Source of the DNA: the human T2T-CHM13v2.0 reference genome, Homo sapiens
Length of the DNA stretch: 64,000 nucleotides
Strand: one strand, 5' to 3'
NCBI RefSeq assembly: GCF_009914755.1
Contig: NC_060943.1
Part shown: piece by piece, positions 17,150-48,964 of the stretch
Layout of the letters: each line of letters starts with the position of its first letter
Position numbering within the stretch: position 1 is the first letter of the stretch
Notes under the pieces: generated by a model
Told to the model about the DNA's origin: nothing
What the model saw: the letters and a program-made list of their open reading frames with translations, nothing else
Database searches by the model: none
Translations under genes and position numbers: made by a program

Positions 17150-17810
17150 CACGCCGAGTCAGGATTCTCCTGTGACGACCCTCCCATGCTCCCTGCACAT
17201 CTGAGAGAGACTCCGCGCTGCGGGTGCAGAGCGGCCCCAAGAGGGCTCCAGGCCAGGGCACAATCACAGCGCAGGGAAAAGACAGGACGCCCGGGGACCG
17301 GGTGTCAGCGCAGCCGCCATCTTATGCCTGAAGCGGACTGAGGTCGAGCTAGGCAAGGAGAACACGGGGCACAGATTGTGGAGCTGACTGAGAGGAGGCC
17401 TGAGTCCCGCCACAGCCACTTCCCACCGGTTCCAACCAGCGGCTGCCACTCTCTCGGGATGTCGGACCCGGCTGACTCACCATTTCTAGGCTTCCGGGGG
17501 TCCTGGCGACTTAGTTGTGAATCTCCCAATACCTGCAGGTCACAGGGCCATAGAAGCTGGGCCTTTAGGAGCGGACGACACACAGCAGTAAGGACGACAC
17601 CTTGACCTCCGCGTGCAGCGAGAGCCAACGGTCCTACCACATCCCGGAAGCCGCCCTGTCCGCTCCAGCTGCGTGCCTGATTGGACGGTCCCAGTCCAGC
17701 GTCCCTGATTGGATAATGTTTAAGGCCCCGCCCCTTCAGGCCCTGAGTGACGGAAGATGTTATCAGATGCTGGGCTGACTGAAGAAAGAGTGCCAGCCCA
17801 GTCTGCCGCA
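17150..17810 (-). promoter_or_regulatory. CpG-island promoter of the KRAB-ZNF gene
   Basis: CpG-rich sequence. Two CCAAT boxes on minus (ATTGG at 17680-17684 and 17708-17712), GC box GGCCCCGCCCC at 17724-17734, ETS cores CCGGAAG at 17644-17650 and CGGAAG at 17751-17756, and a YY1 site GCCGCCATCTT at ~17313-17323 in intron 1. Confidence 0.85.
17481..17650 (-). CDS. ZNF728: KRAB-ZNF exon 1 (5' UTR plus start ATG as its last 3 nt; 5' end approximate)
   Basis: Minus strand reads ...GGAAGCCTAGAAATG|gtgagt, with ATG at 17483-17481 and donor GT at 17480-17479. This is the typical ZNF91-family first exon, inside a CpG island. ATG splices in frame to the KRAB-A exon. Confidence 0.85.
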
Positions 17811-17812
17811 AA

Positions 17813-18895
<1,083 letters not shown>

Positions 18896-18949
18896 GCCAA
18901 AGCATATAAACTTAAACTTATGAGAGTTTGGGGGTTTTATTTTTGTCTT

Positions 18950-23960
<5,011 letters not shown>

Positions 23961-24043
23961 TGCATTTCTTAAGGGACAACTTAGGTGAAACAAGAAAATT
24001 TGTATTTCTGAAGCATAGAGTTAATATTTTAGGCTAAAATATA

Positions 24044-24335
24044 TTTTTTTCTTTGAGACAGAGTCTTGCTCTGTCGCCCAAGCTGGAATGCAGTGGCATG
24101 ATCTTGGCTCACTGCAACTTCTGCCTCCCAGGTTCAAGTGATTCTTCTGCCTCAGACTCTTGAGTAGCTAGGACTGTAGGCACCCACCACCATGCATGGC
24201 TAATTGTTCTGTTTTTAGTAGAAACAAGGTTTTACCATATTGGCCAGGCTGGTTTCGAACTCCTGACCTCAGGTGATCTGCCCTCCTTGGCCTCCCAGAG
24301 TGTTGGGATTATGGGTGTGAGCCACTGCTCCTGGC
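24044..24335 (-). mobile_element. AluS
   Basis: Antisense Alu dimer. Confidence 0.93.
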
Positions 24336-24336
24336 C

Positions 24337-25218
24337 TTAAATGTACCATTTATGGTTTTTTTAATATATAATATTATATGATCTGCAAACATCAACTCTT
24401 TACTTACTTGTCATCAATTTCAGTGGCTTTAAACAATTTTTTTTTTTGCCTAACTCTTCTGCTACATACTTCCAGGGTTATGTTAAAATGGAAGCATTGA
24501 CAATGGGGACAATATAGTTTTGCATTGCATTGGTTTTTGTAAATTTCATTGAACGAAAACCTCTTCAAGTTTATATAAAGTGGTTACAAGAGGTAAAGAT
24601 CCCATATTTATAGGATGCCCTCTTCATTTGTAATAGACAGAGGTGGTAGGTTGGTCACAAGGCTGCTGGTTCTACATAGGGTTTACCTTTAGTTGGCTTG
24701 TTAAAAAAGGCTTGGGTAGTTGTAATTCCCATTTTATTATTGGACAGACTGAATATCCTTCAGGACTTTCATCTGTAGAGCAGACACTAGGGGAAGTTGT
24801 TGCAGTCAGGTCTGCATATGGTGGGGCTTACATCAGGATGTGGATGAGGATTCCTTTCACTGAGTACTAGAGAGGGTCTTCCCAGGTCACTGTGTGGGAT
24901 TCTACCAAGGCAGAATTGTCCATGAACTGTGGCTTGGAACTAGAAGTAAAACATTAAACTGTATGGCTACAAATGGGAATCTTCCTCCAGGTCTCTGGAA
25001 GAGCAGGAGCTCTCCCAGGCTGTGGCTGGGAGGAGTTTGGAATGGTTATAAGGTAAGTTCAGAATTCTCAGTGGGAGCAAGTTGGGTTGGCTATTTTTTG
25101 GTCTGTAGCCAAGAAGAGATGTCCTGTAGTTTGCCACCTTAATAGAAGCCTGTCTCCTGAAAAGAACATACCTCAATCTTGGGCTTTAGGAGAGTTTCAC
25201 AACTCCATCCCTGGATCT
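24337..25218 (+). other. Inverted, diverged homolog of this gene's intron 3 (matches window 1-845)
   Basis: Collinear reverse-complement match, for example aatatccttcaggacttt...tgcagtcaggtctgcatatggtggg at 24752-24825 versus ~365-439. Confidence 0.85.
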
Positions 25219-28739
<3,521 letters not shown>

Positions 28740-29144
28740 TGTATTAGTCAGGGTTCTCTAGAGGGACATAAGTATTAACTCACACAATCACAAGATCCCA
28801 CAATAGACTGTCTGCAGGCTGAGAATGAAGGAGAGCCACTCCGAGTCCCAAAAATGAAGAACTTGGAATCTGGTGTTCAAGGGCAGGAAGCATCCAGCAC
28901 AGGAGAAAGATGTAGGCTGGGAGACTAGGCCAATCTCTCTTTTCACATTTTTCTGCCTGCTTATATTCTAACCATGCTGGCAGCTGATTAGATTGTGCCC
29001 ATCCAGATTAAGGGTGGGTCTGCCTTTTCCAGCCCACTGACTCAATTGTTAATCTCCTTTGGCAACACCCTCACAGACACACCCAAGATTGATACGTCGT
29101 ATCCTTCAATCCAATCAAATTGACACTCAGTATTAACTATCACA
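28740..29144 (-). mobile_element. MLT2A (MLT2A2-like) 5' LTR of the HERV-L
   Basis: Minus strand TGTGATAGTTAATACTGAGTGTCAA...CTAGAGAACCCTGACTAATACA, directly followed by the PBS. Confidence 0.92.
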
Positions 29145-32100
29145 CCTAGTTAAAAGAGTCAACCAACATCCCTCCATTTGGCTGAATCCAGGTGAAACAG
29201 TCATCACCATTTTTCTAAGCTGAATCCAGAAATGAGTCAGCATTCCACCTATGGGCAGACTCACATATCACAGTCACAATTCCAATGGTGAATTTTTTTG
29301 ATGTGTGAGATTTAGAACCTTACCAGTGGGCTCTGTTTATATGTGAAGGTGACAATACTGTTAGCTTTGTTTGTGTATTAAAGGGTCAATCTCACCTGTG
29401 TGCTGGGCCTGTGATAAAACTTTGTACTGCCAGAGGGCTTCATGTAATTTCCATTAACTGTAATAATCTTCTGTGAGTCTCATACAGGTAGGAGACCAAG
29501 GACCATACCAGTTTCCTCAAGCCTAGCTATAATAGTCAACATATCTTTTATTGGCTGGATCCAGGTATGAGAGTTATCAATGTGCCTGTGAGCTAACTTT
29601 ATAAATAGGTCAACATCACACCTGTGGCTGGATCTACATATGACATTCCAACTGCGGACTGTGTCCATGTACAAGATTCAAGACCTAACCAGAGGTCTCT
29701 GTCCATGTGTGAGGGTGACACTCATAACTTTTGGCAGGATGAGCATACGAGATACTTCACCTGTGTGCTGGGTGCAGTTATATGTCAAAATCCCACCTGT
29801 GGAAAAGAAACAAGCTAAGAGAGTCACATATTTTAAATTCTAGGCTAAAGATATGTTAAAATATGCCTTGCAGGCGGGGCTCAGGAAAGAGAGTTACATC
29901 ACCTGAGTGCTGTGACGGGTGATATGTCACAATGCCTTCTATGGGCATGGCTCAGGCAGGAGTTTTACATTATTTTTGTGTTGGCCCTATGATATGTAAC
30001 AATCCCCCTCCATTTGCATGACCTAGAGAAAATAGAAGAGTCACAGCACCTAAATTATGACCATAGAGATCTATCATGATACCTCCTATGGGCAGAGCCT
30101 AAGATAGAGGGTCACATCACCTGCAAACTGGGCTCAGTACAATGTTTCAATCTCCCCTGAGGCCAGAGCCCAGGCAGAAGAGGAGAGTTATATCACCTAA
30201 GTGCTTGGGCCTGTGGTATGTCACAGTTCATTTTTGGGGGGTGGCAGAATGCAGGCAAAGGAGGAGTGTTACATCACCTAGGTAATGGGTTCAGAAGTAT
30301 TTCACAATACCTACTGTGGGCAGGGCCCAGGCAGTACAGTCACATCATGGAGATGCTGGGCTCAGTGATATCTCACAAAGACTTTGTGGACAGGGCCCAG
30401 GCTGAAAATAAGAGTCACATGACCTAAGTGCTGGGCCCAGTGAAATTTCACAATACCCTCTGTAGGTAGGGCTTAAGCAAGAGAGTCACATCACAATCTT
30501 TTCTGAGAGCTGGGCCCAGGCAGGGAAGTAAAATCACTCAGGTGCTAGGCAAAAGTATATGTCACAATCATACCTGTGGGAAGATCTAGGGCTAGGATTC
30601 ACAATTCCACACATGTCCCAGCTTCAGGTAAAAAGCGTCAACACCTCCTGTGAGTTGCATCCAAGTACATGAGTCACAGTATCAATGATGAACTGGATCC
30701 ATGCATGAGAGTCCCAATTCCACCTGCAGACTGTGTATTATGTTGGCTTTATGATATGTCAAAATCCGCCTCCATTTGCATGACCTAGAGAAAATAGAAG
30801 AGTCACAGAGCCTTCTGTGACTGGTATCAGAGTCAAAGCCTTCTAGGTGTGTTGAATCCTGGTCTTAGAGTCACCATCCACCTGTAGACAAAATCCAGTA
30901 AAACAATTACAATCCCAACTTTCGACTGCATCCGAGTGTGAGATTCAGAAGCTCAACAGTTTTCTGTATCCATGCAGGAGGGTGACAATTTTTACTAGGC
31001 GCTAGAAGTGCATATGAGAATTAAAATCTCAGCTTGTTCTGGGTCCTCTTATGACACTCTCTGTACCACCCCGAGGGCTTTACATTGTTTGGGTGAGAGT
31101 CATCATCTGCTGTGAGACATTAGTGCTGGTATAAATTCATGATCTTGCCTATTGCCCTAAGCTTAGGTATGAAAGTCAACATCTCTCCTATTGTCTGGGT
31201 CCAGGTATGAAAGTCATTGCTGTGCCTCTTAGTTGGGTTTTATGAGTCACCCTCCCACCTGTGGTTGGATCCACACATGACATTAAAAATTCCAACTGTG
31301 GACTGCATCTGTAAGTGAGTTTCAGGACTTCACAAGTGGGTTCTGTCCATATATGTGGGGGACAATTCTTACTGTTTGCTGGGTGTGCATTTGAGAGTCA
31401 CAATCTCAAATTTTGCTGAGTTATGTAATGACACTTTTTGTACAACCTGAGGGCATTATACAATATTAGTGAGTGTAGTAATCCTCTGTGACATTTATAC
31501 AAGTAGAAAACCCAAAACCTTACCTGTTGCCCTAAGCCTAAGTACAAGCATCAACATATCTTCTATTGGCTGGGTTTATTGTGCAAGTGAATTGGGTTCA
31601 GAAATTTGCCACCATCCAACCGGCGGAATAGGTTCATGTGTGAGGTTCAGGACCTCACCAGTAAGCTCAGTCTACATGTGAGGGTGGCAATTCAAACTGT
31701 TGGTTAGGTGTGTATAGGAGAGTCACAATCTCACCTGTGTGCTCAGTCTTGTAATGACACTCTGTATTGCCCAAAAGCTTTATACAATATGTGTGAGTGT
31801 CATAATCTTCTGTTACCTTCCTACAAGTAAAAGACCTAGACCCCTAAGCCTAGCTACCAGAGTCAACATCTCTCTTATTGGCTGGGCCCATGTTTGACAG
31901 TCATCACCATTTCTGTGAGCTGAATCCAGAAATGAATCACCATCCCACTTATGGCAAGATATACATATGACAGTCACAATTCCAGCTGTTGACTGCATTC
32001 ACTCATGAGACTCAGGACCTCAACAGCAGTCTTTGTCCATGTGTTATAGTGACAATAGTAACTGTTGTATGGGATTGCATACAAGAATAAAAATCTCATC

Positions 32101-33059
32101 TGTGTCCTGGACCACATCATATTTCACAATCTTATCTGTGGGAAAGGTTAAAAAATGAGAGTAACATCACCTGAATTCTTCACCTGGAATATGTCTCAAT
32201 CTCCTCTATGGGCAAGGCCCAGACTGGAGAATTGGATCACTTGCATGCAGGGTCCGGTGACATATTATAATATTTTCTCTAGGCACAGCTCAGGCAGGAG
32301 AGTCACAACATTTGGGTGCTGGGCTCAGAGATATGCCACAATCCCTTTTTTGGGCATGTCTCCTGCAACAGAGAAGAGGCACATTATGTAGAAAATTGGT
32401 ACAGGGATTTGTCACAATGTCCCCTTTTGGTGGTGCACAGGCAGGTGAGGAGAGTCACATCACCCAGATAATGGGCCTAGCAATATATCACAATGCCCCC
32501 TGATGGAAGGGCAAAGACAAGAAAGTCACATAACCTAGGTGAGAAAACCTGACATAGGTCACAATGCATGTTATGAGTAGGGATCATGGAAAAGAGGAGA
32601 GTCATATAACCTGGAGGCTGCACTCAGATAAATGTCATAATCATCCCAGTGGGCAGGGCCTAGGCATGAGAGGAGAGTCACATCACATAAATGCTAGGCC
32701 TAGCGATATGTCATAGTCCCCACTGTGTACAGGTCCCAGAATAAAGTAAAGAGTCACACCATCTACATGTTGGGACCAAAGATATGTAGCAATTACACCT
32801 GTGGGCAGGGGTCAGGCAGAAGAGCCACAGCACCTGTGTGCTGGACCCTGTGATAAGTTTTTTTTTTATTTATCTGTTGGCATGGCCCAGTCAGAAGAGG
32901 CAAATCAAACCACCTGGGTTCTGGGCCCAGTGATATGTCACAATGTCTTCCATAGGCAAAGCCCAGGTAACAGAGGAGACTCACATCAAATAATTGATGG
33001 ACCCAGAGATATTTCACAATGCCCGCTGTGAGCAAGAGCCAGGCAAGAGACTCACATCA

Positions 33060-33518
<459 letters not shown>

Positions 33519-36500
33519 TCAACATACATGGATGATGGGCACAGAGATATTTCATAATGTCCACTGCAGGAAGGGCACAGGAAGAAGTGTAACATCACTT
33601 GAGTGTTGGACAGTGCAATATGTCAAAATAGCCAATGTGGTCAGGGCACAGGCAGAAATCACATAACCTGGGTGCAGGGCCTGACAGTGCATCACAGTGT
33701 CCTCTATGGGCGGAGCCAAGGCAGGAGAATAGGTCACATCAGCTAAGTGCTTGGCCAAGTGATACGTCATAATCCCTACTGGGGGCTGGACCGAGGCTGG
33801 GAAGTCAAATCGCTCAGATTCTGGGCAGAAGCATACATCAGAATTACACCAGCAGGAAGGTCCTGAAATGAAATTAACAATCCCACACATGTCCCAGTTT
33901 CAGGTATGAGAGTCAACACCTTCTGTAGGTTTGGTTTAAGTACCTGAGTCACAGTTTCAACAATGGACTGAATTTGTACACAAAAGACCCAATCCCTTCT
34001 GAAGACTGTGTCCCCTTATTGAAGCCACAGCCTCACAGCCATGAGGAATCTTGGTCTGAGAGTAACCAACCCACCTATGGATCAGATCCACATATAAGAG
34101 TTAATTATTCAACTTCCCATTGCCTCTGGTTGGGAGATTCAGAGCCTCAACAGTGGGCTGTGCTCATGTGAAAGGATGACAATATTTGCTATTGGCTACC
34201 TGTGCATAAGAGTGTCACAATATTACCTGTGTGCTGGGTGCTGTAAGGACACTTTCTCTACCATTCAAGGGCTGTATATGCTATGCATGAGAGTTAGAAT
34301 TTGCTCTGAGACCTCCATGCTAGTATGAACCCATGATTGTCACCCGTGGCCCTAAGCTCATGTATGAGACTCAACATCTCTTTAATTGACTTGGTCCAGA
34401 TAGGAGATTCCTCAACTGCCTATGAGATGGCTTTAGAAATGAGTCGCCATCTCAATTGTGGTTGGATGTTTACATATGACAGTCACAATTCCAACTGTAA
34501 ACTGCATCCGTGTATGAAGTTCAAGACCTCACCAGTAAACTGTGTCCTTGCATGAATGCAATAATCCTAATAATTGGTGGGGTGTACACACAATATAAAC
34601 AATCTCACCTGTGTGTTGGGCACTGTGAAGACACTCTCTGTATCACCTGAGGGCTTTATACAGTATGTGAGGGAGTGGAAATTCTCTATGACCTTTCTAC
34701 AAAAAGGAGACTCAGGATCTTACCCATTTCTCTAAGCTTAGCTACAAGAGACAGTATCTCTTCTGGTGACTGTTATGAGAGTTATTATTGCACCTGTCAG
34801 CCAGGCCAAGATGTATGTTACAATCCCATTTGTCAGTAGAGAGTGAGCAGGATGGTCACATCACATGAGTGCTGGGAAAGGGTTATGTCACAGTCATTTT
34901 TGAGGCCAGGGACCAGGGATAAAAGAAATATCACCTTAGTGCTAGGCCAAGGGTTATGTTCCACTGTTTTCTGTGGGCAAGGTGCAGGCAAAACAAACTC
35001 ATCACCTTGTTACTGGGCCCAGTGATATGTCACAATTTTCACTGAGGGCAAAGTGGAGGCTAAAAACAAGGGTCATATCTCTTAGGTCATGATGCAGAGA
35101 TACATCACAAGGCCTCCCGTGGGCAGGCCACAGGTAGAAATCACCAATTTCCTAGGTGTTGGAGCCTGTGATATGTCAAAACACACAATGTATGCAGGGC
35201 CCATGCAGGAGAGAAGAGTCACATAACTTAGGTACTGAGCCTAGCAATACATCCCAATTTCTTCTTGGACAGAGCCCAAGAGATAGAAGAGTCTTATTAC
35301 CCAGGTGTTGGGTCTAGCTATATGTCAAAATATTCTCTGAAGGGAGAGATCAGGGAGGAGTGTAACCTCACCTAGGTCAGAAGCCCAGAGATGTTGCCGA
35401 TTCTGTGTAAGTCTCAGGAAAAAGAGAAGAGTCAGGTATCCTAGAAACTAGGCTACATTATATGTTGCAATTATCCAAGTGGGAGGGTTCTCATGAGAAG
35501 AGAGTCACAACATGTAGCTGCTGAGCTAAACGATGCATCACAATTCCCACTGCGTACTGGTCCCAGAAAGAAGAGGAGAGTCCCATCATCTAGGTGATGG
35601 GTCCAGAAATATGGCATACGCATCCTGTGGGCAAGCAACAGGCAGAGGTATCTCAGCATGTCTGTAGTAGGCCCGGTATTAAGTTACTCTCCCTTGTATG
35701 GGCATGATCCAGGCAGAAGAAGTCACATCACCTAGGTGCTGGGCCCAGAGATATATCACAATATCTTTTGTGGGAAAAGACAAGGTAAAAGAAGAGACAT
35801 CAAATAGTTGATGGGTCTAGAGATATGTTACAATCTTTCTGTGGGCAGGGTCTAGGCAGGAGACTCAGTCACTGTGGTCCTGGGCACAGCACTATGTAAA
35901 AATGCTTTATTTTGGAAGAGCCAAGGCAGAAGAATATCACCTGTCTGTTAGCCCAGCGACTTGTCACAATATCCCCTGCAAACTGAACCTTGAAAGAAGA
36001 TTAGAGTAATGTCAGCTAGGTGCTGGCCCCAATTATTTGTCAAAATCCTTCTTTTGAAAAGAAATTGGTAGAAGAGGATTATCAAAACACAAAGTTGATT
36101 GGTGCATAGATATGTCACAAAAATCCTTGTAGGCAGGGCCAGGCAGGAGAGTTACATCACCTGGGTATTGGACCCAGCAACATGTCAAAATTGCCCATAT
36201 GGGCAGGGCACAGGCAGGGGACTCACATAACCTGAATGTGGTGCCAAGTGATATGTGACAGTGCCCCCTGTGGGCAGCATGAAGGCAGAAGAGACTCACA
36301 TCACCTGGATGCAAGGCCAAGCAATATGTCACAATGTTCCCTTTTGGCAACGCTAAGGCAGGAGTATGCAGCTGCATCACCTAATTGTTGGTTTTGATGA
36401 AATTTTATAATTTCAGCTGTGGGCTGGGCCCAGGGAGTAGAGTTAAATCACTCAGGTGATGGGCAGAATCTATGTCACAATCATATCTGCAGGAATATCC

Positions 36501-36558
36501 AGGTATGTGATTAACAATCCCATATATGTCTAGGTTCTAGGTGTAAGATTCAATAGCC

Positions 36559-36871
36559 GGCCAGGCATGGTGGCTCACGCCTGTAATCCCAGCACTTTGG
36601 GAGGCCAAGGCAGACAGATCACCTGAGGTCAAGATTTTGACCTCAGATGGCCAACGAGGTGAAACTCCGTCTCTACTAAAAATACAAAAATTAGCCAGGT
36701 GTGGTGCCAGGTGTCTGTAATCCCAGCTACTCTACTCAGGAGGCTGAGGCAGGAGAATTGCTTGAATCCAGGAGGTGGAGGTTGCAGTGAGCCAAGATCT
36801 GCCACTGCACTCCAGCCTGGGGAAAAAGAGTCAGGCTCCATCTAAAGAAAAAAAAAAAAAAAAAAAAAAAA
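36559..36871 (+). mobile_element. AluS in satellite
   Basis: Alu with poly-A and degenerate TSD aagattcaatagc/aaaattcagcagc. Confidence 0.93.
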
Positions 36872-39800
36872 TTCAGCAGCTCATGTATGTTGGACCTAAG
36901 TAAAGGAGTCACAATCTAAGTGGTAGAATAATCTGTCCATGAGACCCTTAATCCCTCCTGTGACCTGCTTCTCCTTAGTGAAGTCACAGCCTCAGACTTG
37001 TGTTGAATCTGAGACTCACCATCCCACCTGTGAATGGGATCCAGGTATGATAGTCAATTTTCTAACTTTTGACTGCCTTCGAGTCTGAGATTCAGAAGCT
37101 CAATCACTGGCTGTTTCATGAGACAGAATGACAATCTTTACTGTTGACTGGGTGTGCATATGAGTGGCACAGTCTCACCTGTGTGCTGGGCTCTGTTGGA
37201 ACACATTCTGCACCGCCTGAGGGCTTTATGCAGTGTGCCTAAAAGTCACAGTCTGCTCTGAGACCTTTCTGCTTTTATAGACCCATGGTCATACCTGTGA
37301 CCCTAAGTTCAGGTGTGAGCATAGTTGGCAGGGTTCAAATTAGAGAGTCCTCACTCTCTAGTCAGCAGGGTCTAGACTGGAGAGTCGTCACCCACCTGCG
37401 CACTGGATTTATTAATGAGTCACCACCTTAATTGTTGCCGGATGTTAATATATGACAGTAACAATTCCAACTTTGAACCATATCCACCTGTAAGATTCAG
37501 GACCTCAACAGTTGGCTGTTGCCATGTGTGAGGGTGACAATCATAACAGTTGGCAGTTTGTGCATTGTAGAAACAATCTCACCTGTGTGCTAAGCCCTGT
37601 GAAGACACTCTTTGTGGCACCCAAAAGTTTATAGAACACACTAAAGATTGGTAATTCATTATGACATTCATACAAAGAGAAGGCCCAGGGTCTTGTTTCC
37701 TAATCTACACTACAAGAGACACTATCTCCCCTATTGGCTGATTCCAGGTATCATCATAGCACCTATGAGTTGGGCCAGGATATTTGTCACAATCTCACCT
37801 GTAAGTAGAAAATGAGCAGAAGAGTCACATCACCTGGATGCTGTATGAGGAATGTCACAATATTTTCTGGAAGCAGGGCACAGGCAGAAGAGTCACATAA
37901 CCTGGTGGCTGAGCCCAGTGATGTTTCACAATGCTCCCTGTGGGAAAAGACCTGCCAGAAAAGACACATCACCTGGTTACTGGGCAGAGCTATATGTCAC
38001 AATCTTCTCTATGTGCAGGCTGCAGGCAGAAAAAGAGTCACATCACTTAGGCGATAGATGCAGACATATGTCACAAGGCCGCCTATGGGCAGGGCTTATT
38101 CAGTAGCCTCTGATCCAATCCTGTAGGTGTTGGGTCCAGCGACATGTCACAATACCAAAAATATGCATGGCTCAGCAAAAGAAAAGATTTACATCATCTA
38201 GGTACTGGATCCAGTGATATGTCACAATCTTCTTTTTTGGCATAGCTCAGGAAGAAGTAGAGAGTCACATCACCAAGGTGTTGGATCAAGCCATATGTCA
38301 CAATACACAATAAATGCAGGGCTCATGAAAAGATGAGAGTCAAATCTCTTAGGTGTGGAACAGTGGTACATCACAATTTCTCCTTTGTCAGAGCCACATC
38401 ACCTAGGTGGCTGGCCCAGTAATATGTCACAATTCCCTTGAGAGGTGAGCCCAGGCAGGAGAGTCACATCATTTCGGTGAGAACCCCACAGATGTGTCAT
38501 TATTTTCCCTGTGAATAGGGCTCAGGAAGAAAATGACAGTCACATCATTTAAATGATGGGCCCAGAGATAGATTACAATGGCTCCTGGGTACAAAAACCA
38601 GGCAGAAGAATTACATCACCTGTGTGCTGGGCCCAGTGATAAGTCACTTTCCCTTGTGTGGGCATGGCTTCAGCAGGAGAGAAGCGTCACATCACTAAGG
38701 TTCTGGTTCCAGAGATATGTCACAATCTCTCCTATTGACAAAGCATGGGTAGGAGAGGAGAGTCAAATGAAGCAGTTGATGGGCCCAGAGATATGTCACA
38801 ATGCCCCCCCCCCCCGCCCGTAGGCAGAGTACAAGCAGGTACCTCCCAATTCTTTAGATGTTGTGGCCAGGGACATGTCACAATACTTAAAAAATGCAGG
38901 ACACAGGCAATAAAACAAAGTCACATCACCTAGGTGCTAGGTTCAGCGATATATCACAATCCCTAATTCAAGAGGGGAGATAAAAAGATTCACGTAACCA
39001 AGGTGTTAAATGTAAAGATATGTCATAATATTCCTGTGGGCAGAGACCATTCAGGAGAGTCACATTACCTTAATGTTGGACCCAGCCATATATCACAATA
39101 CACAGCATATCCAGAGTTCAAGCAGGGAAGAAAAATCACATCATCTAGTTGCTGGGTTTGATAATATGTCACAATCACTTGTTTTTGTAGAACCCAGACA
39201 GAAAAGAAGAGTCACATCTCCTGGTTGATGGATGCAGAGATAAGCCAAAAGACTCCTTGTGGCCAGGACCCAGGCGGGAGGTTCTCATGCCCTAGGTGTT
39301 TGTCTCAGCCATACGTCATATTACCAAATATATGCAGGGCCCAGGCAAACAAGGAGAGTCATAACACCTTGGTGCTAAGTTTAGTGATATGTTACGATCC
39401 CCACTTTTGGCAGGGCCGGGACACACACACACACAAAGTCACATCACCTAGGCAGTATAAAAAAAGATATGTCATAATACCCCTGTAGACAGGGTCCATT
39501 CAGAAGAGTCTCATCACCTAGCTTTTAGACTCAGTTATTTGTCACAATACACAATTTATGCAAGACTCAGTCAAAAGAGGAAAGTCATGTAACCTAGGTG
39601 CTGGGTCCAGTGATACATTACAATCTCTCCTTGGGTAAAGTCCAAGCACTAGAAAAGAGTTACATTACCTAGGTACTTGGTCCAGGAATATGTCACAATA
39701 CCTCCTGAGGAAAGAGCCCAGGAAGGGGAGTCACATCACCTAATCGTGGGGTCCAAAGATATTTCCCAGTGCTTCTTGTAGGTAGAGCTGAGGATAAGCA

Positions 39801-40018
39801 AAAGAGTCACATAACCTAGGGGCTGGGCCCAGCTATATGTCACAACTACCCCAGGTGGCAAGTCTCTGGTATGAAAGGAGAATCACATCACATAGATACT
39901 GGGCCAAGCAATATGTCACAATCTCCACTGTAGGAAGGTCCCAGGAAAAGAGAAGAGTCACATTATCTGGGTGACGGGCACAGGAACATATCATAATTAC
40001 CCTAAGCATATGTGTTAC

Positions 40019-40452
40019 TGTCATGCGCAACCGCGTGAAGAGACCACCAAACAGGCTTTGTGTAAGCAATAAAGCTTTTTAATCACCTGGGTGCAAGCGG
40101 GCTGAGTCCGAAAAAAGAGTCAGCGAAGGGAGATAGGGGTGGGGCCGTTTTAAAGGATTTGGGCGGGTAGTGGAAAATTACAGTCAAAGGGGGTTTTTCT
40201 CTTGCAGGCAGGGGTGGGGGTCACAAGGTGCTCAGTGAGGGAGGTTCTGAGCCAGGAGAAGGAATTTCACAACATTAATGGCTCAGTTAAGGTGGGGCAG
40301 GAACAAATCACAATGGTGGAATGTCATCAGTTAAGGCAGGAACCAGCAATTTTCACTTCTTTTGTGATTCTTCACTTGCTTCAGGCCATCCGCATGTATT
40401 CCTGCAGGTCACAGGGGATATCATGGCTTAGCTTGGGCTCAGAGGCCTGACA
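40019..40452 (-). mobile_element. Solo LTR7 (HERV-H)
   Basis: Minus strand TGTCAGGCCTCTGAGCCCAAGCTAAGCC...TGACA, with TSD GTTAC/GTTAG. Confidence 0.93.
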
Positions 40453-40615
40453 GTTAGGTCACCTGTGTGTGAGGCCCAGTGATAAGCCACTCTTCCTTTT
40501 GTGCACAGGGTCTAAGCAAAAGATGAAAAGTCACATCACCTAGGTGCTGGGCTTACAGAATTGTCTCAATCTCTCCTATGGTCAAAGCCAATTTAAGAGA
40601 CATAAATCATATTAG

Positions 40616-40877
40616 CTGCTCTGCCTATGGAGCAGCCATCTTTTTGTTTCTTTACTTCTCTAATAAACTTGGTTTCACTTTACTGCATGGACTCACCTTG
40701 GCTTCTTTCTTTCTTGCATGAGATCCAAGAACCCTTTCTTGGGGTGTGAATCAAAAGCCCTTTCCAGAACAGCTTTTTGGCAAACTATAAAGGGACTATA
40801 CTGATGAGAAACCTGACCCAAAGGAAATAACTACAGCACCAATTAGCCTGCTTTGGGTAACTAGTGGGGTACATTTT
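40616..40877 (+). mobile_element. 3' part of a MER41 LTR (to ~40771) plus the start of the MER41 internal region
   Basis: ctgctctgcctatggag...taataaacttggtttcacttt...gagatccaagaaccct...aaca, then internal-type gacccaaaggaaata...ctttgggtaa. Confidence 0.75.

Positions 40878-48964
<8,087 letters not shown>

Noticed and set aside
17305-17811. 168-aa minus-strand ORF over the promoter
   Set aside because: It starts upstream of the likely TSS, crosses the exon-1 donor into the intron and has no recognisable domain. Long open frames are expected in GC-rich DNA.
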